A DNA stretch of 64,000 nt from a virus (taxonomy: Duplodnaviria; Heunggongvirae; Uroviricota; Caudoviricetes), in IMG/VR virus record IMGVR_UViG_3300042894_007411. One strand, 5' to 3'. The notes beneath the pieces were generated by a model. It searched no databases and was not told where the DNA came from. It saw only the letters and a program-made list of their open reading frames with translations. Positions within the stretch are counted from its first letter, which is position 1; each line of letters starts with the position of its first letter. This document shows, one piece after another, positions 45,726-55,340 of this stretch. Both the position numbers and the translations under genes were made by a program.

Positions 45726-46322
45726 TTATTTTCTCAGACACCAAACAAATTGGTTTTCATATAAGTTTACCTGGTTTGGTGTAAAAATGGGTAAACTCAG
45801 AAATTCATCTACAGCTTGAACAACGCTAGGCCATTTAGGATTATAGTCATGACCTGCTATAAATCCTCCAATTTTGATTTTTGGGAACCAAGAAGTTATG
45901 TCTTCTTTAACATTTTCATATGAATGTCCGGCATCTATGAACACAAAATCTAAAGATCGATCATCATAATCAAAAGAGGCCAGATTGGATTTTTTGCGGA
46001 CCGGATTGATAATTTCTTGAACAGGACTTACGTTTTTTAAAAACTCTTCATAAAGCCAATTTGGATCTTCAAGAATTTTAGGGTTGAACGCGTATGAATT
46101 TGGATCGATGTGTTCATCAGATCCATCCCATGTATCAACACAATCAAATCTTATTTTTTTCTTTGAATTTATAATTTCAACTGCCATATAGGATGAACTT
46201 CTTCCCTTCCATGACCCAACTTCGACAAAATGAGATCCATCTACAAAATGTGAAACCATTTGAGAATAAAAATCCGGATATGTAAACCAGTTTTCTCCTA
46301 GATTTTGATAAAAATGATCCAT
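45726..46322 (-). CDS. class I SAM-dependent methyltransferase (Methyltransf_24-like)
   Basis: 'VEVGSWKGRSS', 'DFVFIDAGHSYENVKEDI', 'GGFIAGHDY'. Confidence 0.6.
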   Translation of the reverse strand: MDHFYQNLGENWFTYPDFYSQMVSHFVDGSHFVEVGSWKGRSSSYMAVEIINSKKKIRFDCVDTWDGSDEHIDPNSYAFNPKILEDPNWLYEEFLKNVSPVQEIINPVRKKSNLASFDYDDRSLDFVFIDAGHSYENVKEDITSWFPKIKIGGFIAGHDYNPKWPSVVQAVDEFLSLPIFTPNQVNLYENQFVWCLRK

Positions 46323-46324
46323 TG

Positions 46325-47860
46325 TTATACGTTGGCCATTAAGGTGACTTTCAAACCTTTTGAAGGATGAATAAGATAACCGTGTAATGCCCGTGTAGAT
46401 CCTTCATATCCATGGTTGTGGTGCCATCGATCTGATCCAGAAAGACTAGGCATTTGAAATACCTTTACTCCCTTATAATCTTTTACCATTTCGTGGTGGA
46501 GGTGTCCAGTAAAAAAGCTTCTGTGTTTAGTTCTGGCCCAAGCTTCTTGCGCTTCGTTGGCCATAAGATAAGGAAGTTCTTGGAGTTTGGTTCCGTCTCC
46601 GTGTGTGAAGCCCAGCAGATTCTCCCCGTACTCAAAATACTGTCTGAATTTGTGGCACCGAATAACATTCACGTCCGAGCAGTTCCGATAATATGCACCC
46701 AGATATTGTAAGAGCACGTGTGAAAGTTTGAAATCGTGATTACCTGCGGTCAGAAGAATTTCAACAGGAGCTATCTGTCTTAGTGTGTCAATAAATTCAA
46801 CCATGAGCTGCTGACCTTCCACCATAATTTGGATGAATGTTCCGTCACAATCTTGAGGAGTACCTTTGGTGGTAGTACCACCTAAAGTATCAACATGGAA
46901 AAAATCAGATCCTACTGGAACTACAATTTTTTCCACATTGTAATGAACCACATCAGCTAAAATTTCTGCAGTCTTTGTCATTAACAGATCTTTCGCCATT
47001 TGCCTGCTATATGCTTCTCTGACTTCCCCAGACCAAGAATATTTTCCGTAGTGAAGATCGAAGGGAGAAATTACCAAAGAATGAGGATCTCCATCGGGCA
47101 ATTTCAATTTGGGTACCTCATACTGGGCAAAAACCTGGGAAAGTTTTTCAACTAAAGGGTTAATGATCAGTCCTCTAAATGCCCACCAATTGCTGGCCGC
47201 TTCTTTAATCATTTTTTCCTCTTCCCTAGTATATTTTTGAAAGAAAGAAAATTTTCTTTTTTGTAAAGCATCCGCCACCATTTCCTCCTCTTCTCTCATG
47301 AACATTTCCTCGTCGGTGAAAGGCTCAGAATCGTGGGTCCATCCCAGAATTGTCTTCAAAGCGACAAAGATGTTTCGAGGGATTTCAAAATTGCGGCAAA
47401 TTTCGTTGATTGTCTCGGGTGATCCTGTTAAAGCAGAATATCTGCTTTTCATATCACGGATGATTGTACCTGTAAATTTGTAAGCTTTATTTTTGATGTA
47501 GACTATGTATAGATCTTTGGTCTCGTCATAGTAATAATCCGTGCTGTGTTTGTACTTTTTAAAAGCAGATCTAGCAGCAGATTCTTCCTCCTGGATCATT
47601 TGGTCCAAATCTTCATCGGTCACCTCCTCAGTTTTAAATTTTTCCTGGATGTGTTCCGTCACTTCCGATTCAGAATCAGGTTCGGCCAAACGGGAAGAAA
47701 TTGCTCGACGAAACGAATCCAATTGGGAAGAGCCTAAAGTTATGTTCTTGTCCTCGACAATTTTTTTTGCAATCTCCGTTTTGCTGAGACCAGATTGGTG
47801 CAACTGTCTAATTTCTTCTTCATACTTTAAAACTAAATCTCTAAGGGAAAATGAACTCAT
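46325..47860 (-). CDS. HTH + metallophosphoesterase-domain protein
   Basis: N-terminal 'SGLSKTEIAKKI'; C-terminal 'GSDFFHVD', 'GNHDF', 'GHLHHE'. Confidence 0.55.
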   Translation of the reverse strand: MSSFSLRDLVLKYEEEIRQLHQSGLSKTEIAKKIVEDKNITLGSSQLDSFRRAISSRLAEPDSESEVTEHIQEKFKTEEVTDEDLDQMIQEEESAARSAFKKYKHSTDYYYDETKDLYIVYIKNKAYKFTGTIIRDMKSRYSALTGSPETINEICRNFEIPRNIFVALKTILGWTHDSEPFTDEEMFMREEEEMVADALQKRKFSFFQKYTREEEKMIKEAASNWWAFRGLIINPLVEKLSQVFAQYEVPKLKLPDGDPHSLVISPFDLHYGKYSWSGEVREAYSRQMAKDLLMTKTAEILADVVHYNVEKIVVPVGSDFFHVDTLGGTTTKGTPQDCDGTFIQIMVEGQQLMVEFIDTLRQIAPVEILLTAGNHDFKLSHVLLQYLGAYYRNCSDVNVIRCHKFRQYFEYGENLLGFTHGDGTKLQELPYLMANEAQEAWARTKHRSFFTGHLHHEMVKDYKGVKVFQMPSLSGSDRWHHNHGYEGSTRALHGYLIHPSKGLKVTLMANV

Positions 47861-47943
47861 ATTGGGTTTGAATTTTATACCGAAACGGATTTTGCTATAT
47901 ACTTTAGAAGTGTTGAAAAATTTCGAATTCTAAAAAATTAATT

Positions 47944-48204
47944 TTAAGATTCTAAATTTTTTTGTTCTACGGATTTTACAATCGATTCGATAAGGAGGTC
48001 TTTTTCTAATTTCGAAAAGAAATCAGTTACGTATTTACATTTCTCATATTCTTCCGTCGATTCGTAATAAATCAACAAGGAAGTTTTAATGACATCTCTT
48101 CTTTGTATAAGATGAGGATGCATTAATGCACGAGATCCCATTTTCTCCATTCTTTGGAGAGCGCTCTCATAAATATTCCGATCCAGTTTTGGTTCGTTTT
48201 GCAA
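47944..48204 (-). CDS. hypothetical protein
   Basis: 86-aa ORF. Confidence 0.35.
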   Translation of the reverse strand: MQNEPKLDRNIYESALQRMEKMGSRALMHPHLIQRRDVIKTSLLIYYESTEEYEKCKYVTDFFSKLEKDLLIESIVKSVEQKNLES

Positions 48205-48213
48205 TTTATTTTT

Positions 48214-48417
48214 TTATTTTGAGTTGTTTCTCGGATCTTTTTTTTTGGTTAAAATCCTGTATAATTCTTCACACTTTTCATATTCTTCAAAAGATTCCAA
48301 AATTTTTAAACAAGATTCACTTTGTGTCCAAAGAGAACTTCTTTCTCCATATTTTACCAGCTCCGAGTAAATTTGAAGTGCCCAATTAAGATCTTCGATT
48401 GATTTGGGGTTAGACAT
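48214..48417 (-). CDS. hypothetical protein
   Basis: 67-aa ORF. Confidence 0.35.
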   Translation of the reverse strand: MSNPKSIEDLNWALQIYSELVKYGERSSLWTQSESCLKILESFEEYEKCEELYRILTKKKDPRNNSK

Positions 48418-48462
48418 AAGTGAATCTGTAAATTCACTTATATATTCATAACAACAGATAAA

Positions 48463-48726
48463 TCAGTTTAAAAATTGAAAAGAATCAGCAGGTTTTTGGA
48501 ATGGTAAACCAAATTCCCCAGGTGCGTTATATTCAACCTGTAGAAGAGATTCATTTTGTTTGTTTTTATATACGTTCAAAACCTTGACAGTTTTTTTTGT
48601 AGAAGATTCTCTCAGTATATCTCCTTTTTCTACTCTCATTCCATGTACGTATGTAGAGCTGGCTAATTTGTAGTCTTTAAGTTCCATTTTTTTAATTTTT
48701 GTATTTGTTTTTTTACTTCTGCACAA
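48463..48726 (-). CDS. hypothetical protein
   Basis: 87-aa ORF; overlaps next by 64 nt. Confidence 0.3.
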   Translation of the reverse strand: MCRSKKTNTKIKKMELKDYKLASSTYVHGMRVEKGDILRESSTKKTVKVLNVYKNKQNESLLQVEYNAPGEFGLPFQKPADSFQFLN

Positions 48727-48971
48727 ATTTCATACCGTTCCAATTCTTCACACCAAAGAAGAAAATTTTTGAGAAAAAGATCAAAATTTTGTCTTTCGAT
48801 GATAATGGAATACCCTTCTCCACCGACCTCTTGATCGTCTATTTGAAAAATGATTGTGTAATCCTGTTTTTTTGTGATGGCTTTTGAAACCTGTGCATAG
48901 ATGATGGACCAGAATTTATCCTTCTCCTCGAAAGAAAGATCGTCACTGAACGAAAAATTTGAGTTTTTCAC
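48663..48971 (-). CDS. hypothetical protein
   Basis: 102-aa ORF. Confidence 0.35.
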   Translation of the reverse strand: MKNSNFSFSDDLSFEEKDKFWSIIYAQVSKAITKKQDYTIIFQIDDQEVGGEGYSIIIERQNFDLFLKNFLLWCEELERYEICAEVKKQIQKLKKWNLKTTN

Positions 48972-48981
48972 TATTCAAATT

Positions 48982-50043
48982 TTATTTCGGGAGAATTGAA
49001 TTTATAACACCAGAAAGATAATTGGTGATTTTATAAGGATCTGCATTTGAACCTGGCCTCCTGTCTTCTAGATATCCTTTCCATGTTTGAGAGGTAGACA
49101 ATGGAATTCTAATAGAAGCACCTCTGTCGCTAACTCCCCAGCTGAATTTATCAATGCTTTGGGTCTCATGCTTGCCTGTCAATCTCATTCGATTGTCAGA
49201 GCCGTAAAGAGAAATGGCGGTTTCGTGAGTTTTACCCAATTCCTCACAAATTTGTTCGAAGTATTCTTTGCCTCCAGATTCTCTCATTTCGAAGGTTGAG
49301 AAATTGGTGTGCATGCCAGAGCCATTCCAGTCCTCATGCTCGCCCATGGGCTTTGGATGAAAATCAACTTTTATTTTATATGACTCTGCAATTCGAACCA
49401 GAAGAAATCTTGAAATCCATAGGTCGTCTGCCGCTGCCTTTTCTCCTTGACCAAAAATTTGGTATTCCCATTGGCCTAACATTACTTCTGCATTAGTTCC
49501 AGTGATGTTGATTCCACAAGACAAACAAGCTTCTAGATGTTGTTCCGAAATTTCTCTTCCTGCAGAATATGGGTGTCCAATTGAACAATAATATTTACCT
49601 TGTTCTTCCGGTACACGGAAATTTTCGAATCCTACAGGAAGAGTTTTGTCTTTATTAAACCATCGAAGAACATATTCTTGTTCGAAGCCGAACCAAGTGT
49701 TGAAATCCTCATCGTTTATTTTAGCTCTAAAATTCGAGGTGTGTGGGGAATAATCTGAATTTAAAACTTCACATAACACAATGAATGAAAATCCACCTTT
49801 GAGAGGGTCCGCATACATTTTCACGGGTTTTAAAATACAATCTGAAAGTTTTCCATCCGCTTGTCTAGTAGAACTACCGTCAAAATTCCATTCTGGTATT
49901 TTCGAAAAGTGATTTCTTGCCCAGTGCATCGGAGAAAATGAACTTTCCCCTTCAAAGGGAACATCCAACACTTTAATTTTCGATCTTAGATTCGGCTCTG
50001 GTTCATATCCATCCAACCAGACATATTCCAATTTTATTTTCAT
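48982..50043 (-). CDS. glutamine synthetase, type II (eukaryote-like GSII)
   Basis: 'EYVWLDG...NLRSK' N-terminus and ~350-aa length match GSII. Confidence 0.7.
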   Translation of the reverse strand: MKIKLEYVWLDGYEPEPNLRSKIKVLDVPFEGESSFSPMHWARNHFSKIPEWNFDGSSTRQADGKLSDCILKPVKMYADPLKGGFSFIVLCEVLNSDYSPHTSNFRAKINDEDFNTWFGFEQEYVLRWFNKDKTLPVGFENFRVPEEQGKYYCSIGHPYSAGREISEQHLEACLSCGINITGTNAEVMLGQWEYQIFGQGEKAAADDLWISRFLLVRIAESYKIKVDFHPKPMGEHEDWNGSGMHTNFSTFEMRESGGKEYFEQICEELGKTHETAISLYGSDNRMRLTGKHETQSIDKFSWGVSDRGASIRIPLSTSQTWKGYLEDRRPGSNADPYKITNYLSGVINSILPK

Positions 50044-50111
50044 ATGGGAATTTTAATTTTGATGTTGTTTATACATCAAATTTTAAAAAAATTTCCAATA
50101 CAGAAATGAAA

Positions 50112-50288
50112 TTATTTAGATTGAAATCCAGTAAATGTTTTCTTGAAATCTTCGAATCCCATCAACTTTCCTACAGTTGAATGTTTCAAACCTAAGGAAC
50201 CTTGCTTTGTTCCAAAAATCTTTTGGTCGTACCACTTAATGAAATTATCTGGCGTGGTGTATTTTGCTTGTGGGGTAACTGTTTTCAT
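50112..50288 (-). CDS. small hypothetical protein (58 aa), not in ORF track
   Basis: Translation 'MKTVTPQAKYTTPDNFIKWYDQKIFGTKQGSLGLKHSTVGKLMGFEDFKKTFTGFQSK'. Confidence 0.25.
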   Translation of the reverse strand: MKTVTPQAKYTTPDNFIKWYDQKIFGTKQGSLGLKHSTVGKLMGFEDFKKTFTGFQSK

Positions 50289-50291
50289 AAT

Positions 50292-50687
50292 TTAGGGGGT
50301 TTCCGATAGGAAAAATATTTTTGCCAGAATTCCAACCAGGGATGTAAAGAAAATCCAAAGAGCCTTGTTGACTCCAGATTTCCACTTTACTAAATCAGAG
50401 TGTTCTAAAACCATCTTTTGGTAGGCAGCATCCTCTCTTTCTTGCTTTCTTTCGAATTCTGCACGAAATCTGGTATTTTCGTTTACTTTTACGATAACAC
50501 CATCGTCTGGATCTAACAATTTGCGTTTAATGTCTGATAACTCTCTTTTCATTTCGGCTTGAGAGTTTTTAAGATCCTCCATAGCCATCTGAATAATTCT
50601 AAGATCGCTAGAAGGAATTCCTCTCATGTTAGAAAGTTCTTCGTGAAGAATTGCACGGATAGTTTCGGCGAGTGGGGTAGGTTCCAT
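50292..50687 (-). CDS. coiled-coil protein with C-terminal TM
   Basis: 'ALWIFFTSLVGILAKIFFL' C-terminal. Confidence 0.4.
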   Translation of the reverse strand: MEPTPLAETIRAILHEELSNMRGIPSSDLRIIQMAMEDLKNSQAEMKRELSDIKRKLLDPDDGVIVKVNENTRFRAEFERKQEREDAAYQKMVLEHSDLVKWKSGVNKALWIFFTSLVGILAKIFFLSETP

Positions 50688-50722
50688 GGTTGGATTATAT
50701 ATCCAACATAAACCTGAAATTT

Positions 50723-50926
50723 TTAGGAATTAGATTCCCAGCATACACTTGTTTCGGAGGCAATAATGAAAGAATCCACAGTTTCTGGATCGGTATCTAT
50801 CACGAACATCCCATAATATTCACCGTTTAAAATTTTCGATTCAATTATAAGAGATTCGTGCATATTAATTAGGGTGCAAACTTCCAAATGTGATTTTGCA
50901 CTTTTTGTTTTAATTGTTGTTATCAT
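50723..50926 (-). CDS. hypothetical protein
   Basis: 67-aa ORF. Confidence 0.3.
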   Translation of the reverse strand: MITTIKTKSAKSHLEVCTLINMHESLIIESKILNGEYYGMFVIDTDPETVDSFIIASETSVCWESNS

Positions 50927-51393
50927 GATTCATCAATCTTTAAAATTATATTGTTGACTCTTGGAGAATCTACTATGAAAAATTTGCTTTTATCAACTTC
51001 TTCAATTATAAATTCTGTGGGATTTATACTTCCTCTCAACCAATATTTGGTTTTTCCAATTTTGAATTCGGTATCCAAATGATCTGGGGTTAACTTTGAA
51101 AGTCTTATCCATTTGCTTTGATTTCTGATAAACTGGGTTCGATAGTATTCCAACAAAGAATCCGTTGGTTTTTTTATTTCTCTAAAAATTTGGGCCATTA
51201 ATTTGTTTTTTCCTTGAGTTATACAACCAATTGGAAAAATAATTTCCCCGGTTGAATTTGAATTTTTACTTACGATTGTTGTGGTGTTTGCATTTGTAAT
51301 CTCAAACTTGTTAGATCGTCCATAATAGGACCAAGAATGAAAAATTCCTTTGACTCTTTTCCCATCTCGCAAACTCCAGGTTGGCAGTACCAA
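50923..51393 (-). CDS. hypothetical protein (overlaps upstream ORF by 124 nt; possible frameshifted single gene)
   Basis: Both frames open 51270-51393. Confidence 0.35.
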   Translation of the reverse strand: MVLPTWSLRDGKRVKGIFHSWSYYGRSNKFEITNANTTTIVSKNSNSTGEIIFPIGCITQGKNKLMAQIFREIKKPTDSLLEYYRTQFIRNQSKWIRLSKLTPDHLDTEFKIGKTKYWLRGSINPTEFIIEEVDKSKFFIVDSPRVNNIILKIDES

Positions 51394-52013
51394 TAAATGT
51401 TATAGTGAAAATGATTGTGATCCCCCGAAGACATTCTCTTCGATCCATTGACCTCGTTGGTCCAAGGATCCTCTCCATCGACCAGATGTTTTAAAAGATA
51501 ATTTCTATCCCAAATGGTGGCATTGTGGGAGTGTAAATAATTTTCTCCATCCGAGTACTTTAGAATTTGTTTTTTGTTTATTTCAAATGGGGTTGGCTCC
51601 AATTTATAGGATTCATAGTAGTGCAATTTGGTGTGGATTTTGATTGAGTTTGCATTGTGTAACTCAACAAAAGAAACCAATTCTTCTAAAACTTCATCCC
51701 CGGGATATGAAAAAGGCCACATATCTTCTTGGATGTAAATTACCCACTTAGAAGGAATACGTTCTAATGCCAATCTCATCCTGGTAGAAAAACCATTTTT
51801 GTCTGTCAACCCTGTTAAAATTGGTGTAATACCGGGATTCACGGTATATGGAAGATTACGACAAGACAAATTGATGTCATGTACATTTTTTTCCTCTGAA
51901 GCCCAATAGACCGGTACCTTTTCAAAATTCCAATTGAAGTCAAGACCATAAAGCATACCAAACCAATATTGTTGGTATGAATCACAGGTGTGAACGAGCA
52001 AAGAAAGATCCAT
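51270..52013 (-). CDS. hypothetical protein, cluster member
   Basis: 247-aa ORF. Confidence 0.4.
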   Translation of the reverse strand: MDLSLLVHTCDSYQQYWFGMLYGLDFNWNFEKVPVYWASEEKNVHDINLSCRNLPYTVNPGITPILTGLTDKNGFSTRMRLALERIPSKWVIYIQEDMWPFSYPGDEVLEELVSFVELHNANSIKIHTKLHYYESYKLEPTPFEINKKQILKYSDGENYLHSHNATIWDRNYLLKHLVDGEDPWTNEVNGSKRMSSGDHNHFHYNIYWYCQPGVCEMGKESKEFFILGPIMDDLTSLRLQMQTPQQS

Positions 52014-52014
52014 T

Positions 52015-53010
52015 TTAAAAATTTTGGAAATAATTCGATTTTTGAAGCTTTTCTAGATAATCTGTAATTTTAGAACACTCTGATTCTCTCTTTTCCCCGT
52101 GTAAAACTTTGATCGATCTTTTTTCTTCCGGAATTTTATAAAAGCATAAAGAAGGATCTGGATTTTCCTCGGTCATCCACGATGAAAATCCAGGTTGACC
52201 CTGTTCATAAAAATGTACGGTTGTCTCTAAACCATCTCTTAAATTAATGTAACACAAAGGCAAACCCTCGTTCGTTTTTTTCCAGGACAAAACATTGTAA
52301 ATGGTTTCCTCGTGATAGGCAGCATAATAATTCAAATCTAAATTGAGTTTTGGTAACATAAAACAAAGCTCACGCCACATTTTCACAAAAGATAAACAAT
52401 CTGGTGTGGCTAATATCACGTTAGTTGTTCTGTAGGTACCCCTCGAATCTGGAAACATCTGTAGAAATTGCATTAAAGGCCATTCTAAAGTTTTTGTGTG
52501 ATCTGCCATGGGCCAACATCCTTCAAATGGATTACCTCTTTCTTTTCCAGATTCAATCATAATCATGTACTGATGTATGCCTTCTGAACAGAGAGGATAG
52601 TTCTTAACAAGCGGAATCCAATCGAACAACTCGTCAACAATAGGAGTTCCTAAACAATCTGAATCTAGATAGCAAACCTCTTCGACACCAGACTCCAAAG
52701 CTTTTTCGATGGCAACAGTTTTGGCACAAAGGATTTGATAAATTCTTGGGCTTTTTCTTTCGATATAAAAATTTCCATCTGATTGTGTTCCAAAATCTTC
52801 AGGTCTCAAAGAATCGATAGGTAAATCAATATGAATTAGATGAACTTCCGTAATATCTTCGAAAGGATTGACGTTTTCCCGACAATTTATTCCATAAATT
52901 AGAATAGGAATGTCGGAAAATTTACGAATAGATAAAGCCAGATTTCTAGCGACCTGAAAATAATTTTCAGTCACATGGGTAATGTATGCTCTTTTCATAA
53001 GAACTCCCAT
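52015..53010 (-). CDS. nucleotide-diphospho-sugar (GT-A-like) transferase
   Basis: 'CYLDSDC' DxD-like motif in GT-A-like context. Confidence 0.4.
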   Translation of the reverse strand: MGVLMKRAYITHVTENYFQVARNLALSIRKFSDIPILIYGINCRENVNPFEDITEVHLIHIDLPIDSLRPEDFGTQSDGNFYIERKSPRIYQILCAKTVAIEKALESGVEEVCYLDSDCLGTPIVDELFDWIPLVKNYPLCSEGIHQYMIMIESGKERGNPFEGCWPMADHTKTLEWPLMQFLQMFPDSRGTYRTTNVILATPDCLSFVKMWRELCFMLPKLNLDLNYYAAYHEETIYNVLSWKKTNEGLPLCYINLRDGLETTVHFYEQGQPGFSSWMTEENPDPSLCFYKIPEEKRSIKVLHGEKRESECSKITDYLEKLQKSNYFQNF

Positions 53011-53117
53011 CCTCCACCTGGAAATTTTTCTTCTTGGACTAAAACATTAAAATTTTTTAGTTGTTCATTAAAATAACAAATGTAATTAATGTACAGGTCT
53101 TGTAGTTTCATGGGTTA

Positions 53118-53945
53118 TTAATTAATTGATTTTATTTGATCAATGTTTCTTTTAGTATATCCTTCTTCTGGGACATTTACCAAAATCTTATTGATAAAAA
53201 CCGACCTAAGGCTATTGCTTACCATATACTCACGAACACGCTCCCATAAATCACAATCACTTGGTGATACATTTCCAGTTTCCTCGTAAACATCCCGAAA
53301 TAAAAGGGGTATTTTCACAAAATTCATGCAAACTGTTTGTGTTAATAAACGTGTGCAATGAGGGTAAATTTCGTGATAATCCTTGTCGCTCGGCAAACTA
53401 TATAAAGGAAATTCCTGTCCATTTGTGAAATATCCTTTGGCAAAAACAAAGTCAGCCCCCGTTATCTTGATGCACCGATTAACTTCCTCTAAATAAGTTG
53501 GATAGTAAAAATCATCATGGTTCTGCAAACATATAAAACTATGACCATCTCTCTTTGCCAACTCAATACCAGTATTTATTGCATTTGCTCCGCCCGAACT
53601 CCAAAGCTTATCTCCATCTTCATATTTATCCCTCTCCTTGGCGTGAGGTAAATTTACAGCTTTGATTCTATGGTCGTAACTCTTGGCGATCTGGCCGAAT
53701 TGTTCTTGGTCTGAGTATTTGTCACCAATCATGTAAACTTCAAAATCTTGGTGAGATTGAGCATAAATACTATCCAAAAGCCTGCGAATGTAAAATTCGC
53801 TTAGGCCATCGGGGCGTTGGTAAGTCGGAAATACTATTGGGAATGTCATATCTTTATTTTTTAATAATCCGGAATCTAATGTTTGTTTCACATTAATCTT
53901 GATTTTTTTTATAAAAACGTTTATTTTCTGGTTGATACCATTCAT
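53118..53945 (-). CDS. GT2 glycosyltransferase (likely true start at 'MTFPIVFPTYQRP', ~53849)
   Basis: 'FPTYQRPDGL...SIYAQSHQDFEVYMIGD', 'DDFY'. Confidence 0.6.
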   Translation of the reverse strand: MNGINQKINVFIKKIKINVKQTLDSGLLKNKDMTFPIVFPTYQRPDGLSEFYIRRLLDSIYAQSHQDFEVYMIGDKYSDQEQFGQIAKSYDHRIKAVNLPHAKERDKYEDGDKLWSSGGANAINTGIELAKRDGHSFICLQNHDDFYYPTYLEEVNRCIKITGADFVFAKGYFTNGQEFPLYSLPSDKDYHEIYPHCTRLLTQTVCMNFVKIPLLFRDVYEETGNVSPSDCDLWERVREYMVSNSLRSVFINKILVNVPEEGYTKRNIDQIKSIN

Positions 53946-54678
53946 CTAATGAAGCTGGGACTCTTGAATGGTAACCTAAAAATTGTTGCATTTCATAAGT
54001 AAACGAATTCATTCTTTCATATCCTAAAGCTCTAGGATAATCTAATAATTGTTTCATAAATGATTTACTTATAGTAAAAGGAATAGCTCTTCTATTATTC
54101 TGGGTTTTATTAGGAGCTGAAGAATGCCACACATTAGAATTGAATATTAATATATCTCCTCTTTTTCCTGTTGCTTGGTGGGCATTGTTAAAAAACTCTT
54201 CATCGGTTGGTTTTCTTTCTTCTAAATGGGAACCGGTAAGAAGATAAGTCCCGCCATTCTCAATAGTAAAATCATCTATCATAATTAAACAATTAAGCAT
54301 TATAGGAAATTCTCCAGAATAAAATCTTAGATCACGATGTACTATGGATGAAAAATTAGGTTGGTTAGGTAAATTATTTAAAGCACTAAATGAATTTAAA
54401 ATACATTTACTATGGAAAAAATTATCTTGTAATGATTGAATAAACCCATTTTTAAGTAAAGTTTGTAAAAATTCTATAAATACCGGACTACTTAATAAAA
54501 CATGAAGGGCAACCCCCATTGAATTAATATCATTATTATTATATAATTGAATATTTCTATGTTCTAAAAATGCTTTATCTATTTCACTAGATAGTATATC
54601 TAACCATTTTTTAGTTATTTGATTACGAACAATTACATAACCTTTTTCTTTTAATTCTTGGGATTGCTGTATTATCAT
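53893..54678 (-). CDS. PhyH-like Fe(II)/2-oxoglutarate dioxygenase
   Basis: 'VHRDLRF' (HxD), 'NVWHSS' distal His, 'NNRRAIP'. Confidence 0.5.
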   Translation of the reverse strand: MIIQQSQELKEKGYVIVRNQITKKWLDILSSEIDKAFLEHRNIQLYNNNDINSMGVALHVLLSSPVFIEFLQTLLKNGFIQSLQDNFFHSKCILNSFSALNNLPNQPNFSSIVHRDLRFYSGEFPIMLNCLIMIDDFTIENGGTYLLTGSHLEERKPTDEEFFNNAHQATGKRGDILIFNSNVWHSSAPNKTQNNRRAIPFTISKSFMKQLLDYPRALGYERMNSFTYEMQQFLGYHSRVPASLDEWYQPENKRFYKKNQD

Positions 54679-55340
54679 TTTAAAAATTTTTCTCCTTCAA
54701 CTCTATTTTTAATTATTTTAGCAGGGTTGCCGTATGCTAGTACATTTGATGGGATAGATTTAGTAACTAAACTACCTGAGCCTATTACTGTGTTTTCTCC
54801 TATTTCTAATCTATCCATTATAGTTACCCCTAATGTAATAGCCGAAAATTTTCCAATTTTAACATATCCCCCTGTTAAGGATCCCGCAGATATACTAGCA
54901 AAATCTTCTATTTCATTATCATGTTCTACTTGTGCCCCTGTAGCAAAAAAAGTAAAATTACCTATTTTAGCTTTAGGATTAAAAATACATCCAGCCATTG
55001 CTACAATCCCTATTCCTAATTCAGTAGTATTTCCTATAATAACTGAGGGGTGAATAGCATTCACAAATTTAAAATTAGGTATTAATTCATGTATTTGATT
55101 ATAAACATAATACCTACTCCAATTATCTCCTATAGAAATTACTCCCCCATATATGTCATTTTGATTAATAATTTCTTTCAAATTTTCTTGACGACCTAAA
55201 ATAGAATAACCAAATCTTTTACTTCCTATCTCATGGATTGAGTCAACAATACCAATAATATTATATTTTTTTTCTTTTTCAATAATATCTATAGTATAAT
55301 GAGCTTGGTTACCTCCTCCTATTAAAATTATATTTTTCAC
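54675..55340 (-). CDS. NeuD/PglD-family sugar N-acyltransferase (hexapeptide)
   Basis: 'NIILIGGGNQAHYTIDII' N-domain + left-handed beta-helix repeats. Confidence 0.7.
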   Translation of the reverse strand: MKNIILIGGGNQAHYTIDIIEKEKKYNIIGIVDSIHEIGSKRFGYSILGRQENLKEIINQNDIYGGVISIGDNWSRYYVYNQIHELIPNFKFVNAIHPSVIIGNTTELGIGIVAMAGCIFNPKAKIGNFTFFATGAQVEHDNEIEDFASISAGSLTGGYVKIGKFSAITLGVTIMDRLEIGENTVIGSGSLVTKSIPSNVLAYGNPAKIIKNRVEGEKFLK

